Of a stretch of DNA of 64,000 nucleotides, positions 25,251 through 34,861 are shown piece after piece. The stretch covers positions 58,764 through 122,763 of the forward strand of contig CBDFHG010000005.1 of the NCBI GenBank assembly GCA_965247385.1, in the 5' to 3' direction. Position 1 is the first letter of the stretch; each line of letters starts with the position of its first letter. Origin of the DNA: Thermohalobaculum sp. Lineage in GTDB: Bacteria; Pseudomonadota; Alphaproteobacteria; Rhodobacterales; Rhodobacteraceae. The notes under the pieces are model-generated. The model had not been told where the DNA came from, made no database searches, and saw only the letters and a program-made list of their open reading frames with translations. The position numbers were made by a program, and so were the translations under genes.

Positions 25251-28095
25251 GGACAGATTGGTCGCGAGAGCACAGCGAACGCGCAAGGAGACCGCAAACC
25301 CCACATTCGCGGGGCTGGCGCATCTGGTCGCATCGGCGGAGGAACTGGCCGACCTGGGCCGTCTGACCAAGGCAATCGACCGAGCCATCGACGCTTCCGC
25401 GCAAACCGGGTCTGCCAAGACATTGCATGGCAATGTCATCCGGCTGGTCGGCGAGCAGCTTGCCGAGGGCCGCGACAAGGTCCGCGCGGAGTTGCTGCAG
25501 CACCCCCATGCCGGGCTGCGGGCGGCGCGCGGCTATACCCATATCATGGACGTCGTGGTCGCCGCGGTGTTCCACTACTGCGCCACCCATCTTCACCCGG
25601 CGCCGATCCGCACCAAGGGTGAAAAACTGGCTGTGGTGGCGGTCGGTGGCACCGGTCGGGGCGAGATGGCGCCATTTTCGGACGTCGATCTGCTGTTCCT
25701 GACGCCCTACAAGCAGACCGCCTGGGGCGAGAGCGTGACCGAGAGCATGCTCTACGTCCTGTGGGACCTGAAGCTGAAGGTCGGCCAGTCGGTGCGCAGC
25801 GTCAACGACTGCATACGGCTGGCGGGAACCGACCTGACAATCCGCACCGCGTTGCTGGAAAAACGATTCCTCTGTGGTGACCGGGAGCCGTTCGACGAGT
25901 TGGACATGCGGTTGTGGAAGGACCTGTTTCTGCGCACCGGCCACAAATTCGTCGAAGCGAAGCTGGGCGAGCGAGACCAGCGCCACAGCCGCCACGGCGG
26001 TTCGCGCTATCTGTTGGAGCCCAACATCAAGGAGGGCAAGGGCGGGCTGCGCGACTTGCAATCGCTGCACTGGATCTCGAAGTATCTCTACCGCACCGAT
26101 ACCGCCTGGGATCTGGTCGAAATGGGGGTGTTCGAGCAGGACGAAGTGCAGCGCTTCGCCGATGCCTCGAAGTTCATCTGGGCGGTGCGCTGCCATCTGC
26201 ACGACCTGGCCGGGCGGGCGCAGGAAAAACTGACCTTTGACCGCCAGGTCGAAATCGCCGAGCGCATGGGATTCGAGGACCATGACGGGTGCATGGCGGT
26301 CGAGCATTTCATGCAGGCCTATTTCCGCCACGCCAAGAATGTCGGCGACCTGACGCGCATCTTCTCGGCCGCGCTGGAGGCACAGCACGCCAAGGCGCCG
26401 CCGCGATTGTCGATGCTGTTGCGGGCGCTCAGCTTCCGCAGCGTGACCAGCGATCCGGGTCAGCCCTTCGTGGTGCGCGACGGGCGCCTAAGCGTGCGCG
26501 ACGATCAGGTGTTCTCCAGCAATCCGGTCAACCTGTTGCGGCTGTTTCGCGATGCCGCAAGGCTGGATGCGCATATCCACCCGGCGGCGCTCAGGCTGGT
26601 CACCCAGAATCTGGACCTGATCGACAACGACCTGCGCGCCAACCCCGACGCGATCGCGCTGTTCCTCGAGATGCTAACCGACCCGATCAATGGCGAGTGG
26701 CTGCTGCGGCGGATGAACGAGACCGCCGTGCTGGGCCGCTTCGTCCCCGAGTTCGGCCGCGTCGTCGCGATGATGCAGTTCAACATGTACCACCACTACA
26801 CGGTGGACGAGCACACCATCCAGACCATCGCGACCCTGGACCGGATCGAAAAACTGGAGGCCAGCGAGGAACACCCGGTCGCCACCGGGATCATCAAGGG
26901 CGGCTTCAATCGTCGCGTGCTCTACATGGCGTTGTTCGTACATGACCTGGGCAAGGGCGACCCGCGCGACCACTCCGAATACGGTGCCGAGATCGCCGCC
27001 ACGGTCTGCCCGCGACTGGGGTTCGACCGGGCCGAGACCGAGATGGTCGCCTGGCTGGTGCGCCACCACCTGCTGATGTCGGACGTGGCGCAGAAGCGCG
27101 ACATCGCCGACCCGCGCACGGTCAGGGACTTTGCCAACATCGTACAAAGCCCAACCCGCCTGCGGCTGTTGCTGGTGCTGACGGTCTGCGACATCCGTGG
27201 GGTTGGCCCGGGGGTCTGGAACAACTGGAAGGCCCAGCTTCTGCGCAAGCTCTACTGGGATACCCGCGATTTCCTGACCGGCGGCTCGGATGAGATCAGC
27301 CGTGCAGCGAGGGTCGACGAGGCGCGCGCCGCATTGGCCGAACGCCTGGCGAACTGGCCCGAGGCCGACCGCAAGTCCGAGATGGAGCGCCACTACCCGC
27401 CCTACTGGCTTGGCCTGGACACCGACACCCAGGAGATCATCGCCGAACTGGCCCGAAAGGCGAAAAGCACCGACAAGTTCTCCAACCGTTTCCAGCCTGA
27501 CGACAGCCACGACGCCACCAAGGCCTGCCTCTACATGGCTGACCACCCGGGCATCTTCTCGCGCATGGCCGGGGCCTTCGCGCTGGCCGGGGCCAGCGTC
27601 GTCGATGCGCGGACCTACACCACCGCCGACGGCATGGCCTGCTCGACCTTCTGGATCCAGGACCGCGAGGGCCATCCCTTCGAGGCCAGCCGCCTGCCGC
27701 GCCTGAAGCGCACCATCGAGCGCATCCTCAAGGGCGAGGTGATCGCCCGCGATGCGCTGAAGAAGCGCCGCCGCGACAAGCCGCGCGAGATGTCGTTCAC
27801 CGTGCCGACCCGGATCGTCTTCGACAATGAGGCGTCCGAGCTCTACACCCTGATCGAGGTCAACGCCCGCGACCGGCTGGGGCTGCTGCACCTGCTGACC
27901 CGCAGCCTGACGACACTGAACATCAACATCTTCTCGGCGGTCATCACCACCTACGGTGAGCACGCGGTCGATGTCTTCTATGTAAAGGACCTGTTCGGCC
28001 ACAAGATCCGCAGCAAGCAGAAACTGAACCTGATCGAGCGCCGCCTGATTGAGGCGATCAAGGTCATCGCTCCCGAAAAGGCCGCGCGCAAATGA
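25234..28095 (+). CDS. glnD: Bifunctional [protein-PII] uridylyltransferase / uridylyl-removing enzyme
   Basis: It has the NTase motif GGTGRGEMAPFSDVDLLFL, the HD domain (HHYTVDEHT, LFVHDLGKG) and two C-terminal ACT-like regions. The start (TTG at 25234 or slightly downstream) is uncertain. Confidence 0.92.
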   Translation: MAWVREDRLVARAQRTRKETANPTFAGLAHLVASAEELADLGRLTKAIDRAIDASAQTGSAKTLHGNVIRLVGEQLAEGRDKVRAELLQHPHAGLRAARGYTHIMDVVVAAVFHYCATHLHPAPIRTKGEKLAVVAVGGTGRGEMAPFSDVDLLFLTPYKQTAWGESVTESMLYVLWDLKLKVGQSVRSVNDCIRLAGTDLTIRTALLEKRFLCGDREPFDELDMRLWKDLFLRTGHKFVEAKLGERDQRHSRHGGSRYLLEPNIKEGKGGLRDLQSLHWISKYLYRTDTAWDLVEMGVFEQDEVQRFADASKFIWAVRCHLHDLAGRAQEKLTFDRQVEIAERMGFEDHDGCMAVEHFMQAYFRHAKNVGDLTRIFSAALEAQHAKAPPRLSMLLRALSFRSVTSDPGQPFVVRDGRLSVRDDQVFSSNPVNLLRLFRDAARLDAHIHPAALRLVTQNLDLIDNDLRANPDAIALFLEMLTDPINGEWLLRRMNETAVLGRFVPEFGRVVAMMQFNMYHHYTVDEHTIQTIATLDRIEKLEASEEHPVATGIIKGGFNRRVLYMALFVHDLGKGDPRDHSEYGAEIAATVCPRLGFDRAETEMVAWLVRHHLLMSDVAQKRDIADPRTVRDFANIVQSPTRLRLLLVLTVCDIRGVGPGVWNNWKAQLLRKLYWDTRDFLTGGSDEISRAARVDEARAALAERLANWPEADRKSEMERHYPPYWLGLDTDTQEIIAELARKAKSTDKFSNRFQPDDSHDATKACLYMADHPGIFSRMAGAFALAGASVVDARTYTTADGMACSTFWIQDREGHPFEASRLPRLKRTIERILKGEVIARDALKKRRRDKPREMSFTVPTRIVFDNEASELYTLIEVNARDRLGLLHLLTRSLTTLNINIFSAVITTYGEHAVDVFYVKDLFGHKIRSKQKLNLIERRLIEAIKVIAPEKAARK

Positions 28096-29651
28096 ACGCG
28101 CCGCCAATCCGCCTGCTGCGCGGTTTCGCGACGGTCGGCGGCTGGACCCTGGTCAGCCGGGTGCTGGGCTTCGTGCGCGACATCATGATCGCCACCTTCC
28201 TTGGCACCGGGCCGATGGCGGAGGCCTTCTTCGTCGCCTTCCGTCTGCCCAACATGTTCCGCCGCTTCTTCGCCGAGGGCGCTTTCAACATGGCCTTCGT
28301 GCCGCTGTTCGCCAAGAAGCTCGAGGGCGGCGGCGCAAGCGAGGCCAAGAACTTCGCCGAAGAGGCAATGGCAGCCCTGCTGACGGCGCTGATCGCGCTG
28401 ACGGTGATCGCCCAACTGGCAATGCCGTGGTTCGTACTGGCGCTGGCCAGTGGCTTCGACGATGCGGGGGATCAGTCTGGACGCTTCGACCTTGCGGTCG
28501 CGTTCTCACGGGTGGTGTTCCCCTATATCGTGTTCATCTCTCTGGCCGCACTGTTCTCCGGCATTCTGAACTCCTTCGGCAAGTTCTCGGCGGCGGCGGC
28601 CGCACCGGTGCTGCTGAATGTGATCCTGATAGGCGGCATCTCGCTGGCGGCAGGGATGGGGTGGGAGATCGGCCCGGCGCTCAGCTGGGCCGTCTTCGCC
28701 GCAGGAATCGCCCAGCTTGGCCTGGTGGTCTGGGCGGCGCGGCGAGCGGGCATGACCCTAAGGCTGCGCTGGCCGCGCCTGACCCCGGACGTAAAACGCC
28801 TGGTGGCGCTGGGCATCCCGGCGGCGCTGGCCGGTGGGGTGATGCAGATCAATCTGTTGGTCGGTACCCAAGTCGCCAGCTATTTCGACGGTGCGGTCAG
28901 CTGGCTCTGGTATGCTGATCGGCTCTACCAGTTGCCGCTGGGCGTGGTCGGGGTGGCGATCGGGGTGGTGTTGCTGCCCGAGCTGTCGCGCCGGGTGCGT
29001 TCGGGCGACGCCGCCCGCGCCGCCGGCGCGATGAACCGGGCGGCGGAGTTCTGCCTGATACTGGCCCTGCCCGCCACCGTGGCCCTGATTGTTCTACCCA
29101 ACCTGATCACCTCGGTGCTGTTCGAGCACGGCGCATTCACCGCATCGGATACCGCCGCCACGGCGGCCGCACTGGCGATCTACGCCCTCGGCTTGCCCGC
29201 CTTCGTGCTGCAAAAGGTGCTGCTGCCCGCCTTTTTCGCTCGTGAGAACACCCGCACGCCGTTGCGCTTTGCGGTGGTCTCGATGGTGGTGAACGTGGTC
29301 ATCGCGGTCGGCGGCGCGCCCGTCGCGGGCTATCTGGCCGCCGCCGCCGGCACCACTGTCGCCGGATGGGTGAACCTCGCGCTGCTGTGGCGCGGCACGC
29401 GGAATTTCGAGGACGAGATCGCCATCGACGCCCGCCTTGCCGCGCGCTGGCCACGCATTGTGGCGGCCTCGCTGTTGATGGGCACGCTGGTGCTGGGACT
29501 GGTCGAGGTGCAGGTGGCGATGCTGCCGGATTGGCGTGCGCTGGGCCTGGTGGTGATCGTGGTCGGCGGGGCTGTGGGCTACGCAGTGGCAGCGGTGGCG
29601 CTGGGCGCGTTCCGGCTGTCCGATATCCGCGATGCGATGTCGCGCGGCTGA
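28092..29651 (+). CDS. murJ: Lipid II flippase MurJ (MviN)
   Basis: SRVLGFVRDIMIATFLGTGPMAEAFFVAFRLPNMFRRFFAEGAFNMAFVPLF is the canonical MurJ N-terminus. It overlaps the glnD stop by ATGA. Confidence 0.92.
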   Translation: MNAPPIRLLRGFATVGGWTLVSRVLGFVRDIMIATFLGTGPMAEAFFVAFRLPNMFRRFFAEGAFNMAFVPLFAKKLEGGGASEAKNFAEEAMAALLTALIALTVIAQLAMPWFVLALASGFDDAGDQSGRFDLAVAFSRVVFPYIVFISLAALFSGILNSFGKFSAAAAAPVLLNVILIGGISLAAGMGWEIGPALSWAVFAAGIAQLGLVVWAARRAGMTLRLRWPRLTPDVKRLVALGIPAALAGGVMQINLLVGTQVASYFDGAVSWLWYADRLYQLPLGVVGVAIGVVLLPELSRRVRSGDAARAAGAMNRAAEFCLILALPATVALIVLPNLITSVLFEHGAFTASDTAATAAALAIYALGLPAFVLQKVLLPAFFARENTRTPLRFAVVSMVVNVVIAVGGAPVAGYLAAAAGTTVAGWVNLALLWRGTRNFEDEIAIDARLAARWPRIVAASLLMGTLVLGLVEVQVAMLPDWRALGLVVIVVGGAVGYAVAAVALGAFRLSDIRDAMSRG

Positions 29652-29730
29652 TACGGAGTCTTGCAGAGCGAGACTCATCCATCTCCCGGCGTGTTTTTTT
29701 GCGCCTGTTCGAAAGCTGGCGCTTTCGGCG

Positions 29731-29836
29731 CGCCACCTCCCGCCCCGTCTCCCCGCCCAACCACCAATGGTACCTGGTTCCAGTGACGTACCATTGGTGG
29801 ATGGGCGGGGAGGCGGGGAGGCGGGGTGGGAGGCGG
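29731..29836. repeat. Long GC-rich imperfect inverted repeat between convergent murJ and the rhomboid gene
   Basis: The left arm ...ctccccgcccaaccaccaatggtac (to 29773) pairs with the right arm gtaccattggtggatgggcggggag... (from 29788). The core is ~26 bp with one mismatch, and the outer C-rich and G-rich tracts extend it. Confidence 0.5.
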
Positions 29837-29909
29837 TGCGCAGGTCACCAAAGGTGGCCGGACAGGCGCAAAAATACCCGCCGCGATGCGATGTAGCGCG
29901 GCTGAGTGG

Positions 29910-30608
29910 TCAGGCGGTCTGCAACGACCCATACCGGGGCCGGAACACCCCGGCCAGCAGCCATCCCGCGACCCAGCCGCCGAGATGCGTCTGCCAGGCC
30001 AGCAAACCGCCGAGCCCGAAGGCCAGTGCGACGTTCAGCGCCACCAGCCCGCCGATCCGCCGCCAGATCATCGCCCGGCTCAGGCCCGCATGCCGCAAGC
30101 TGCGCTCCTGCCAGGCAGTCAGCACTGCGAGCAGACCGAAGATCGCTCCGGAAGCGCCGACCATTGGGCCATTGGCCTCGGCGATCAGCCCGAAGGTCAG
30201 CGCTCCGGCAATGGCGGTGACCGCAAAAATGACGAGAAACCGCCCGATCCCGATCATCCGCACCAGCGCATGGCCGAGGCCGAGGAAGGCGGCGCCGTTC
30301 ATCCCCAGATGCAGCCATCCGCCATGAAGAAATGCGTAGGTAAGGAAGGTCTGGAGGCGCAGCATGTCATTCGGCTGCCCAGACAGGAAAATCATGCGCT
30401 CAATGCCGCGCCAATGATCGAAAAGCATGTCCGAGAAGGCGAAGCGGTAATACATGTGCCCTCGCCCAAGGGTTTTGGACAGCATCTCCGCATCGACGGC
30501 CGCAAACATCACCTCGAAGCCGATCATGACCGCGATCATGATCCACAGCACCGGATGCACCGGGGTGCGACTCTCTGTCGGGGTGGGGGTGTCTTCGGCG
30601 ACGCTCAT
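29910..30608 (-). CDS. Rhomboid-family intramembrane serine protease (232 aa)
   Basis: It has LHGGWLHLGMN and the catalytic GASGAIFG motif. The start was chosen at MSVAEDT (30608), because the longer ORF would overlap the trpS promoter/start region. Confidence 0.85.
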   Translation of the reverse strand: MSVAEDTPTPTESRTPVHPVLWIMIAVMIGFEVMFAAVDAEMLSKTLGRGHMYYRFAFSDMLFDHWRGIERMIFLSGQPNDMLRLQTFLTYAFLHGGWLHLGMNGAAFLGLGHALVRMIGIGRFLVIFAVTAIAGALTFGLIAEANGPMVGASGAIFGLLAVLTAWQERSLRHAGLSRAMIWRRIGGLVALNVALAFGLGGLLAWQTHLGGWVAGWLLAGVFRPRYGSLQTA

Positions 30609-30720
30609 CCTTCGCCATCTAATGCCTTGCCGCCTGCAACACCATGGCTTCTCTTGACGCTGAACCGGGCGCGGACCATAGAAGGCCGCTGAAATTCCGT
30701 CAGGCGAGAGACACCAAGCC

Positions 30721-31752
30721 ATGAGTGAGGCCAGAACCCACACCCCGCGCGTCTTCTCCGGCGTCCAGCCCTCCGGGGCACTGACGCTCGGCAACTATCT
30801 CGGCGCGATCCGGCGCTTTGTCGAGCTGCAGGACAGCGGCATGGAGACGATCTACTGCGTCGTCGACCTGCACGCGATCACCTCCTGGCAGGATCCGGCG
30901 GGGCTGAAGGACGCCACCCGGCAGGTGACGGCGGCGTTCCTCGCCTGCGGCCTCGACTCCGCCCGCTCGATCCTGTTCAACCAGTCCCAGGTGCCCGCGC
31001 ACGCCGAGCTTGCCTGGGTGTTCAACTGCGTCGTGCGATTGGGTTGGCTGAACCGGATGACCCAGTTCAAGGAGAAGGCTGGCAAGAATCGCGAGAACTC
31101 CTCCGCCGGGCTGTTTGTTTATCCGGCGCTGATGGCCGCGGACATCCTGGCCTATCGCGCCACCCATGTGCCGGTGGGCGAGGACCAGAAGCAACATCTG
31201 GAACTGGCCCGCGACATCGCCGCGAAGTTCAATAACGACTTCGGCGACCCGGAGTTTTTCCCCCTGCCCGAGCCCCTGATCGGCGGCCCGGCGCCCCGGG
31301 TCATGAGCCTGCGCGACGGCACCAGGAAGATGTCGAAGTCTGATCCCTCGGATATGAGCCGGATCAACCTGACCGACGACGCCGACGCCATCGCCGCCAA
31401 GATCCGCAAGGCCCGCACCGACCCGGAGCCGCTGCCCGAGACCCTGGAGGGCCTGGCCGAGCGCCCCGAGGCGCGCAACCTCGTCGGCATTTATGCTGCA
31501 CTCTCAGGCACCAGCGCCGAGGCGGTAGTGGCCGGGTTTGCGGGCAAGGGCTTCGGTGCCTTCAAGCCGGCGCTGGCCGAACTGGCAGTCAGCCACCTGA
31601 CCCCGATTACCGCCGAGATGAGTCGCCTGATGGCCGACCCGGCCGAGATCGACCGGGTGCTCGGCGACGGTGCCAACCGCGCTGCCGCGCTGGCCGATCC
31701 GATCCTGACCGAGACCTACGAAAAGGTCGGGTTTTTGCGGTCGCGGGGCTGA
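30721..31752 (+). CDS. trpS: Tryptophan--tRNA ligase
   Basis: It has the class I signature region [15 protein letters not shown] and the KMSKS motif (RKMSKSD). Confidence 0.95.
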   Translation: MSEARTHTPRVFSGVQPSGALTLGNYLGAIRRFVELQDSGMETIYCVVDLHAITSWQDPAGLKDATRQVTAAFLACGLDSARSILFNQSQVPAHAELAWVFNCVVRLGWLNRMTQFKEKAGKNRENSSAGLFVYPALMAADILAYRATHVPVGEDQKQHLELARDIAAKFNNDFGDPEFFPLPEPLIGGPAPRVMSLRDGTRKMSKSDPSDMSRINLTDDADAIAAKIRKARTDPEPLPETLEGLAERPEARNLVGIYAALSGTSAEAVVAGFAGKGFGAFKPALAELAVSHLTPITAEMSRLMADPAEIDRVLGDGANRAAALADPILTETYEKVGFLRSRG

Positions 31753-31923
31753 GGCTCAGCCCCCAGCCCGCGATATGCTCGCCGTCAACGAGGCTTGGGG
31801 AATTGTCCGGCTTTTGGCAAATCCACCGCCCGGCTGCGGCAAGGGGTTGCACCCTCTTGCTTGCACGCCACCAAAACTGCTGTCATCCTCGCAGGGCCGA
31901 TACGGTCTGACCAGGAGCATCCC

Positions 31924-32385
31924 GTGCGAAAGTTTCTCATCGTTGTCGACGAGACCCCTGAATGCATAAACGCCATGCGCTTCGCCGCGCGCCGTGCTCA
32001 GAAGACCGGCGGCGGCATGACCATGCTCTACGTCATCGAGCCGGACGAGTTCCAGCACTGGATAGGGGTCGCGGAGGTCATGCGGAGTGAAGCGCGCGAG
32101 GCCGCCGAGGCGCGCCTACTGCAACTTGCGGACGAAATGCAGGCGCTCAGCGGCGTGACCCCGGAATTTGCCATTCGCGAGGGCAAGAAGGCCGAGGAGG
32201 TGCTGGCCATCATCGAGGAGGACCACAACATCGGAGTTCTGGTTCTCGGTGCCGGCGAGGGCGATGGCGAGGGCCCCGGCCCGCTGGTCAGCTATCTGGT
32301 GACGAAGATGGGCCACCGCCTGCCGGTGCCGGTGACGGTGGTCCCCGGCGGCATGACCCTGGAGCGGATCGACGCGGTTTGTTGA
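31924..32385 (+). CDS. Universal stress protein family (153 aa)
   Basis: VRKFLIVVDETPEC...MTMLYVIEP...VLVLGAG...PVPVTVVPG. The GTG start at 31924 has AGGAG 8 nt upstream. Confidence 0.8.
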   Translation: MRKFLIVVDETPECINAMRFAARRAQKTGGGMTMLYVIEPDEFQHWIGVAEVMRSEAREAAEARLLQLADEMQALSGVTPEFAIREGKKAEEVLAIIEEDHNIGVLVLGAGEGDGEGPGPLVSYLVTKMGHRLPVPVTVVPGGMTLERIDAVC

Positions 32386-32588
32386 GGGTTTGTGCCCTGA
32401 CGGCCCCGCCATTCCATTGATTCTTGTGCCGCGCCCAAAAAATCGCGAAGCGGGCTTTGGAACAGGCGCATAAGACATGGGATGGCCGGGGGAACGCGCA
32501 CAGGCGCACAACACTCTCGCCGCCAGAGCCGCCCCTCACCGGTCCGCCAGGAAGGGCGCGACCACGGCGCGGGTTTGGCGGCTGGGCA

Positions 32589-32831
32589 CTACGGGGACGA
32601 TCTCGAAGGTGGCGCCCCGGTGCCTCGCCAGCCCAGCACCCATTCCTGCAACAGCCGCGCGTCGGCGCATTCCATTAACTGGAAACAGCGGCTGAAATTC
32701 GCCTCGATCCAGCTATCGACGTATTCCAGCCCGTCGGGCAACTGGCGGCCACTCTCCTCCGGCCATTTGTAGATTGGAATCATGTCGTCCCCCTCGAAAT
32801 GCTCGATCACCATGAACAACATGCGATGCAC
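32589..32831 (-). CDS. DUF3303-like small protein, possibly frameshifted near its 3' end
   Basis: MLFMVIEHFEGDDMIPIYK...GRQLPDGLEYVDSWIEANFSRCFQLMECADARLLQEWV fits my memory of DUF3303. The expected ..FEIVPV.. ending is encoded in another frame (TFEIVPVVPS) just after 32620. Confidence 0.55.
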   Translation of the reverse strand: MHRMLFMVIEHFEGDDMIPIYKWPEESGRQLPDGLEYVDSWIEANFSRCFQLMECADARLLQEWVLGWRGTGAPPSRSSP

Positions 32832-32932
32832 GCTCCTGTCCGATTCGCTCCATCAGGTGACGGAAGTTTAGAATGATTCTTGCTTTTTTGCGCCTTCCGG
32901 GCCATCTGTTGGAGCAGAAACGGGAGACGTGC

Positions 32933-33490
32933 ATGTTTATCCAGACCGAAGCTACCCCGAACCCCGCAACGCTGAAGTTCCTGCCGGGACAGCCGGTGAT
33001 GCCGTCCGGTTCGGCGGATTTTCCCAGCCGCGAGGGTTCTGATGCCTCACCTTTGGCGGGCCGGTTGTTCAAGGTCGATGGCGTGACCGGCGTATTCCTC
33101 GGAACCGATTTCGTCACGGTGACCAAGGGCGACGTTGAATGGGCGCATATCAAGCCAGCCTTGCTTGGCGCGATCATGGAGCACTATGCCTCCGGTGCCC
33201 CGGTCATGAAGGGTGACAGCCACGCGGTGACCCATGCCGAGCATGACGGGCCGGATAGCGAGATCGTCGGCCAGATCAAGGAACTACTCGATACCCGGGT
33301 GCGTCCGGCGGTGGCCCAGGACGGTGGCGACATCACCTTCCACGGTTACGACAAGGGCGTGGTTTACCTGCATATGCAGGGCGCCTGCGCCGGTTGCCCG
33401 TCCTCGACCCTGACGTTGAAGGCCGGCATCGAGAATCTGCTTCGCCACTATATCCCGGAGATCGTCGAGGTCCGGCCCGTGGGCCTCTGA
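32933..33490 (+). CDS. NifU/Nfu-type iron-sulfur cluster scaffold protein
   Basis: It has the Nfu N-terminal domain (MFIQTEATPNPATLKFLPG) and the NifU C-terminal domain with a CxxC motif (MQGACAGCPSS). Confidence 0.9.
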   Translation: MFIQTEATPNPATLKFLPGQPVMPSGSADFPSREGSDASPLAGRLFKVDGVTGVFLGTDFVTVTKGDVEWAHIKPALLGAIMEHYASGAPVMKGDSHAVTHAEHDGPDSEIVGQIKELLDTRVRPAVAQDGGDITFHGYDKGVVYLHMQGACAGCPSSTLTLKAGIENLLRHYIPEIVEVRPVGL

Positions 33491-33511
33491 CCCGTTTGCG
33501 ATGACCCCAAA

Positions 33512-34171
33512 ATGATTCTCGGCATCGACACCTCGGCGGCGCAATGCGCCGTCGCTTTGCTTGGCCCCGCGATCGAAACCGGTGATCCTGTCATCGAGCG
33601 CCGTGCCATGGAGCGCGGCCATGCCGAGCATCTGTTCCCGATGATCGATGCCGCGCTGAAGCGGGCTGGAGCCGGCTATCACGCCCTTTCCCTGATCGCC
33701 GTCTGCACCGGGCCGGGATCTTTCACAGGGGTGCGGATCGGCGTCGCGGCGGCGCGCGGGATTGCTCTGGGCCGAGGCATACCGGTGATCGGGATCAGCC
33801 GATTTGAGGCGCTGGCCGCCCAGGCGCTGACGATTGGCGCAGGCGGGCCGGTGGCGATCTGCCTGGCCGGGCGTGGCGGCGCGGTTTATTGGCAGGCCTT
33901 CGACGTGGACGGCGAACCGATGAACAGCCCGCAGGCCTCGACCGAAACCGCCCTCGCCGCCGCGATCCCGTCAAGCTGTATCCGCTTCGCTGGAGATGCG
34001 GCGCGGTTGCTGCCGGAGGGCGATGGGCTGCTGCCCGATGGTTTGCCCGACCCGGCAATCCTTGCGCGGCTTTCGGAGGGCCGCGACACCGCTGCTCTTC
34101 CGGCCCCACTCTACCTGCGCGGCGCCGACGCGGATCTGCCGCGCGAAGGGCCGCCGGCGCTGCTGGATTAA
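33512..34171 (+). CDS. tsaB: tRNA t6A37 biosynthesis protein TsaB
   Basis: MILGIDTSAAQCAVALL...GPGSFTGVRIGVAAARGIAL is the TsaB/YeaZ signature. Confidence 0.85.
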   Translation: MILGIDTSAAQCAVALLGPAIETGDPVIERRAMERGHAEHLFPMIDAALKRAGAGYHALSLIAVCTGPGSFTGVRIGVAAARGIALGRGIPVIGISRFEALAAQALTIGAGGPVAICLAGRGGAVYWQAFDVDGEPMNSPQASTETALAAAIPSSCIRFAGDAARLLPEGDGLLPDGLPDPAILARLSEGRDTAALPAPLYLRGADADLPREGPPALLD

Positions 34172-34174
34172 GCG

Positions 34175-34624
34175 ATGGCCCGCGTCATTACCGCCGATCC
34201 ATCCAACGCCCAGCGCCTTGCCGAGATCGCGCGCCAAGCCTTCGACGGCCGCGAAAGCACATGGAGCACCGTCGACCTGCTCGCGCTTGGCGGCCCGCCG
34301 AACGCGGCGATGATTGTCGACGACGCCTTTGATGCGGGCCTGCTGATATTGCGGATGGCGGCGGACGAGGCCGAGATCCTGGATTTCGGCGTCCTGCCCC
34401 CGGCGCGCCGCAAGGGCCTGGGCCGCGAACTCCTGATGGCGGCGCAGGATTTTGCCCGGCAATCTGGCATCAAGCGGATATTTCTCGAGGTTGCCATCGA
34501 CAACGCAGCAGCACAGGCGCTTTACGCGGGCAGCGGCTTCAGCCAGGCCGGACGTCGCAAGCACTACTACCCGCGACCTGGCGGAACGCGCGCCGATGCG
34601 TTGATCCTTTCGCGCGGGCTGTAA
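34175..34624 (+). CDS. rimI: GNAT acetyltransferase, RimI-type
   Basis: It has the GNAT motif A (RRKGLGRELL) and sits in the conserved position directly after tsaB. Confidence 0.75.
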   Translation: MARVITADPSNAQRLAEIARQAFDGRESTWSTVDLLALGGPPNAAMIVDDAFDAGLLILRMAADEAEILDFGVLPPARRKGLGRELLMAAQDFARQSGIKRIFLEVAIDNAAAQALYAGSGFSQAGRRKHYYPRPGGTRADALILSRGL

Positions 34625-34861
34625 GCGACGCCTGCCCACACTTGCGGTCTCGGGTGCTTGCGGTCTCTGGCGACTGGGAGTAACACTCGCCTCCATGACG
34701 TATCAGGGACGCATCGTGATTGATCTGGCCGACCGCGCCCGCCTGCCTTGGCGCTTCAATGGGGCGGGTGACTTGCGCCGACCTGCCGGGGTGGCTGGAT
34801 CCGTCCGGCGCCATCTGGCGCCGCCTTCCACCAAAAGCCGATACGCCCAGGAGAATTCATA

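Noticed and set aside
25180-28107. 402-aa and 477-aa minus-strand ORFs (25180-26388, 26674-28107)
   Set aside because: Both are antisense to glnD, which has clear NTase/HD/ACT motifs. They are shadow ORFs.
34625-34861. Possible leucine leader peptide or attenuator upstream of leuC
   Set aside because: The only small ORF (MTYQGRIVIDLADRARLPW...) has no run of Leu codons and no obvious alternative hairpins.
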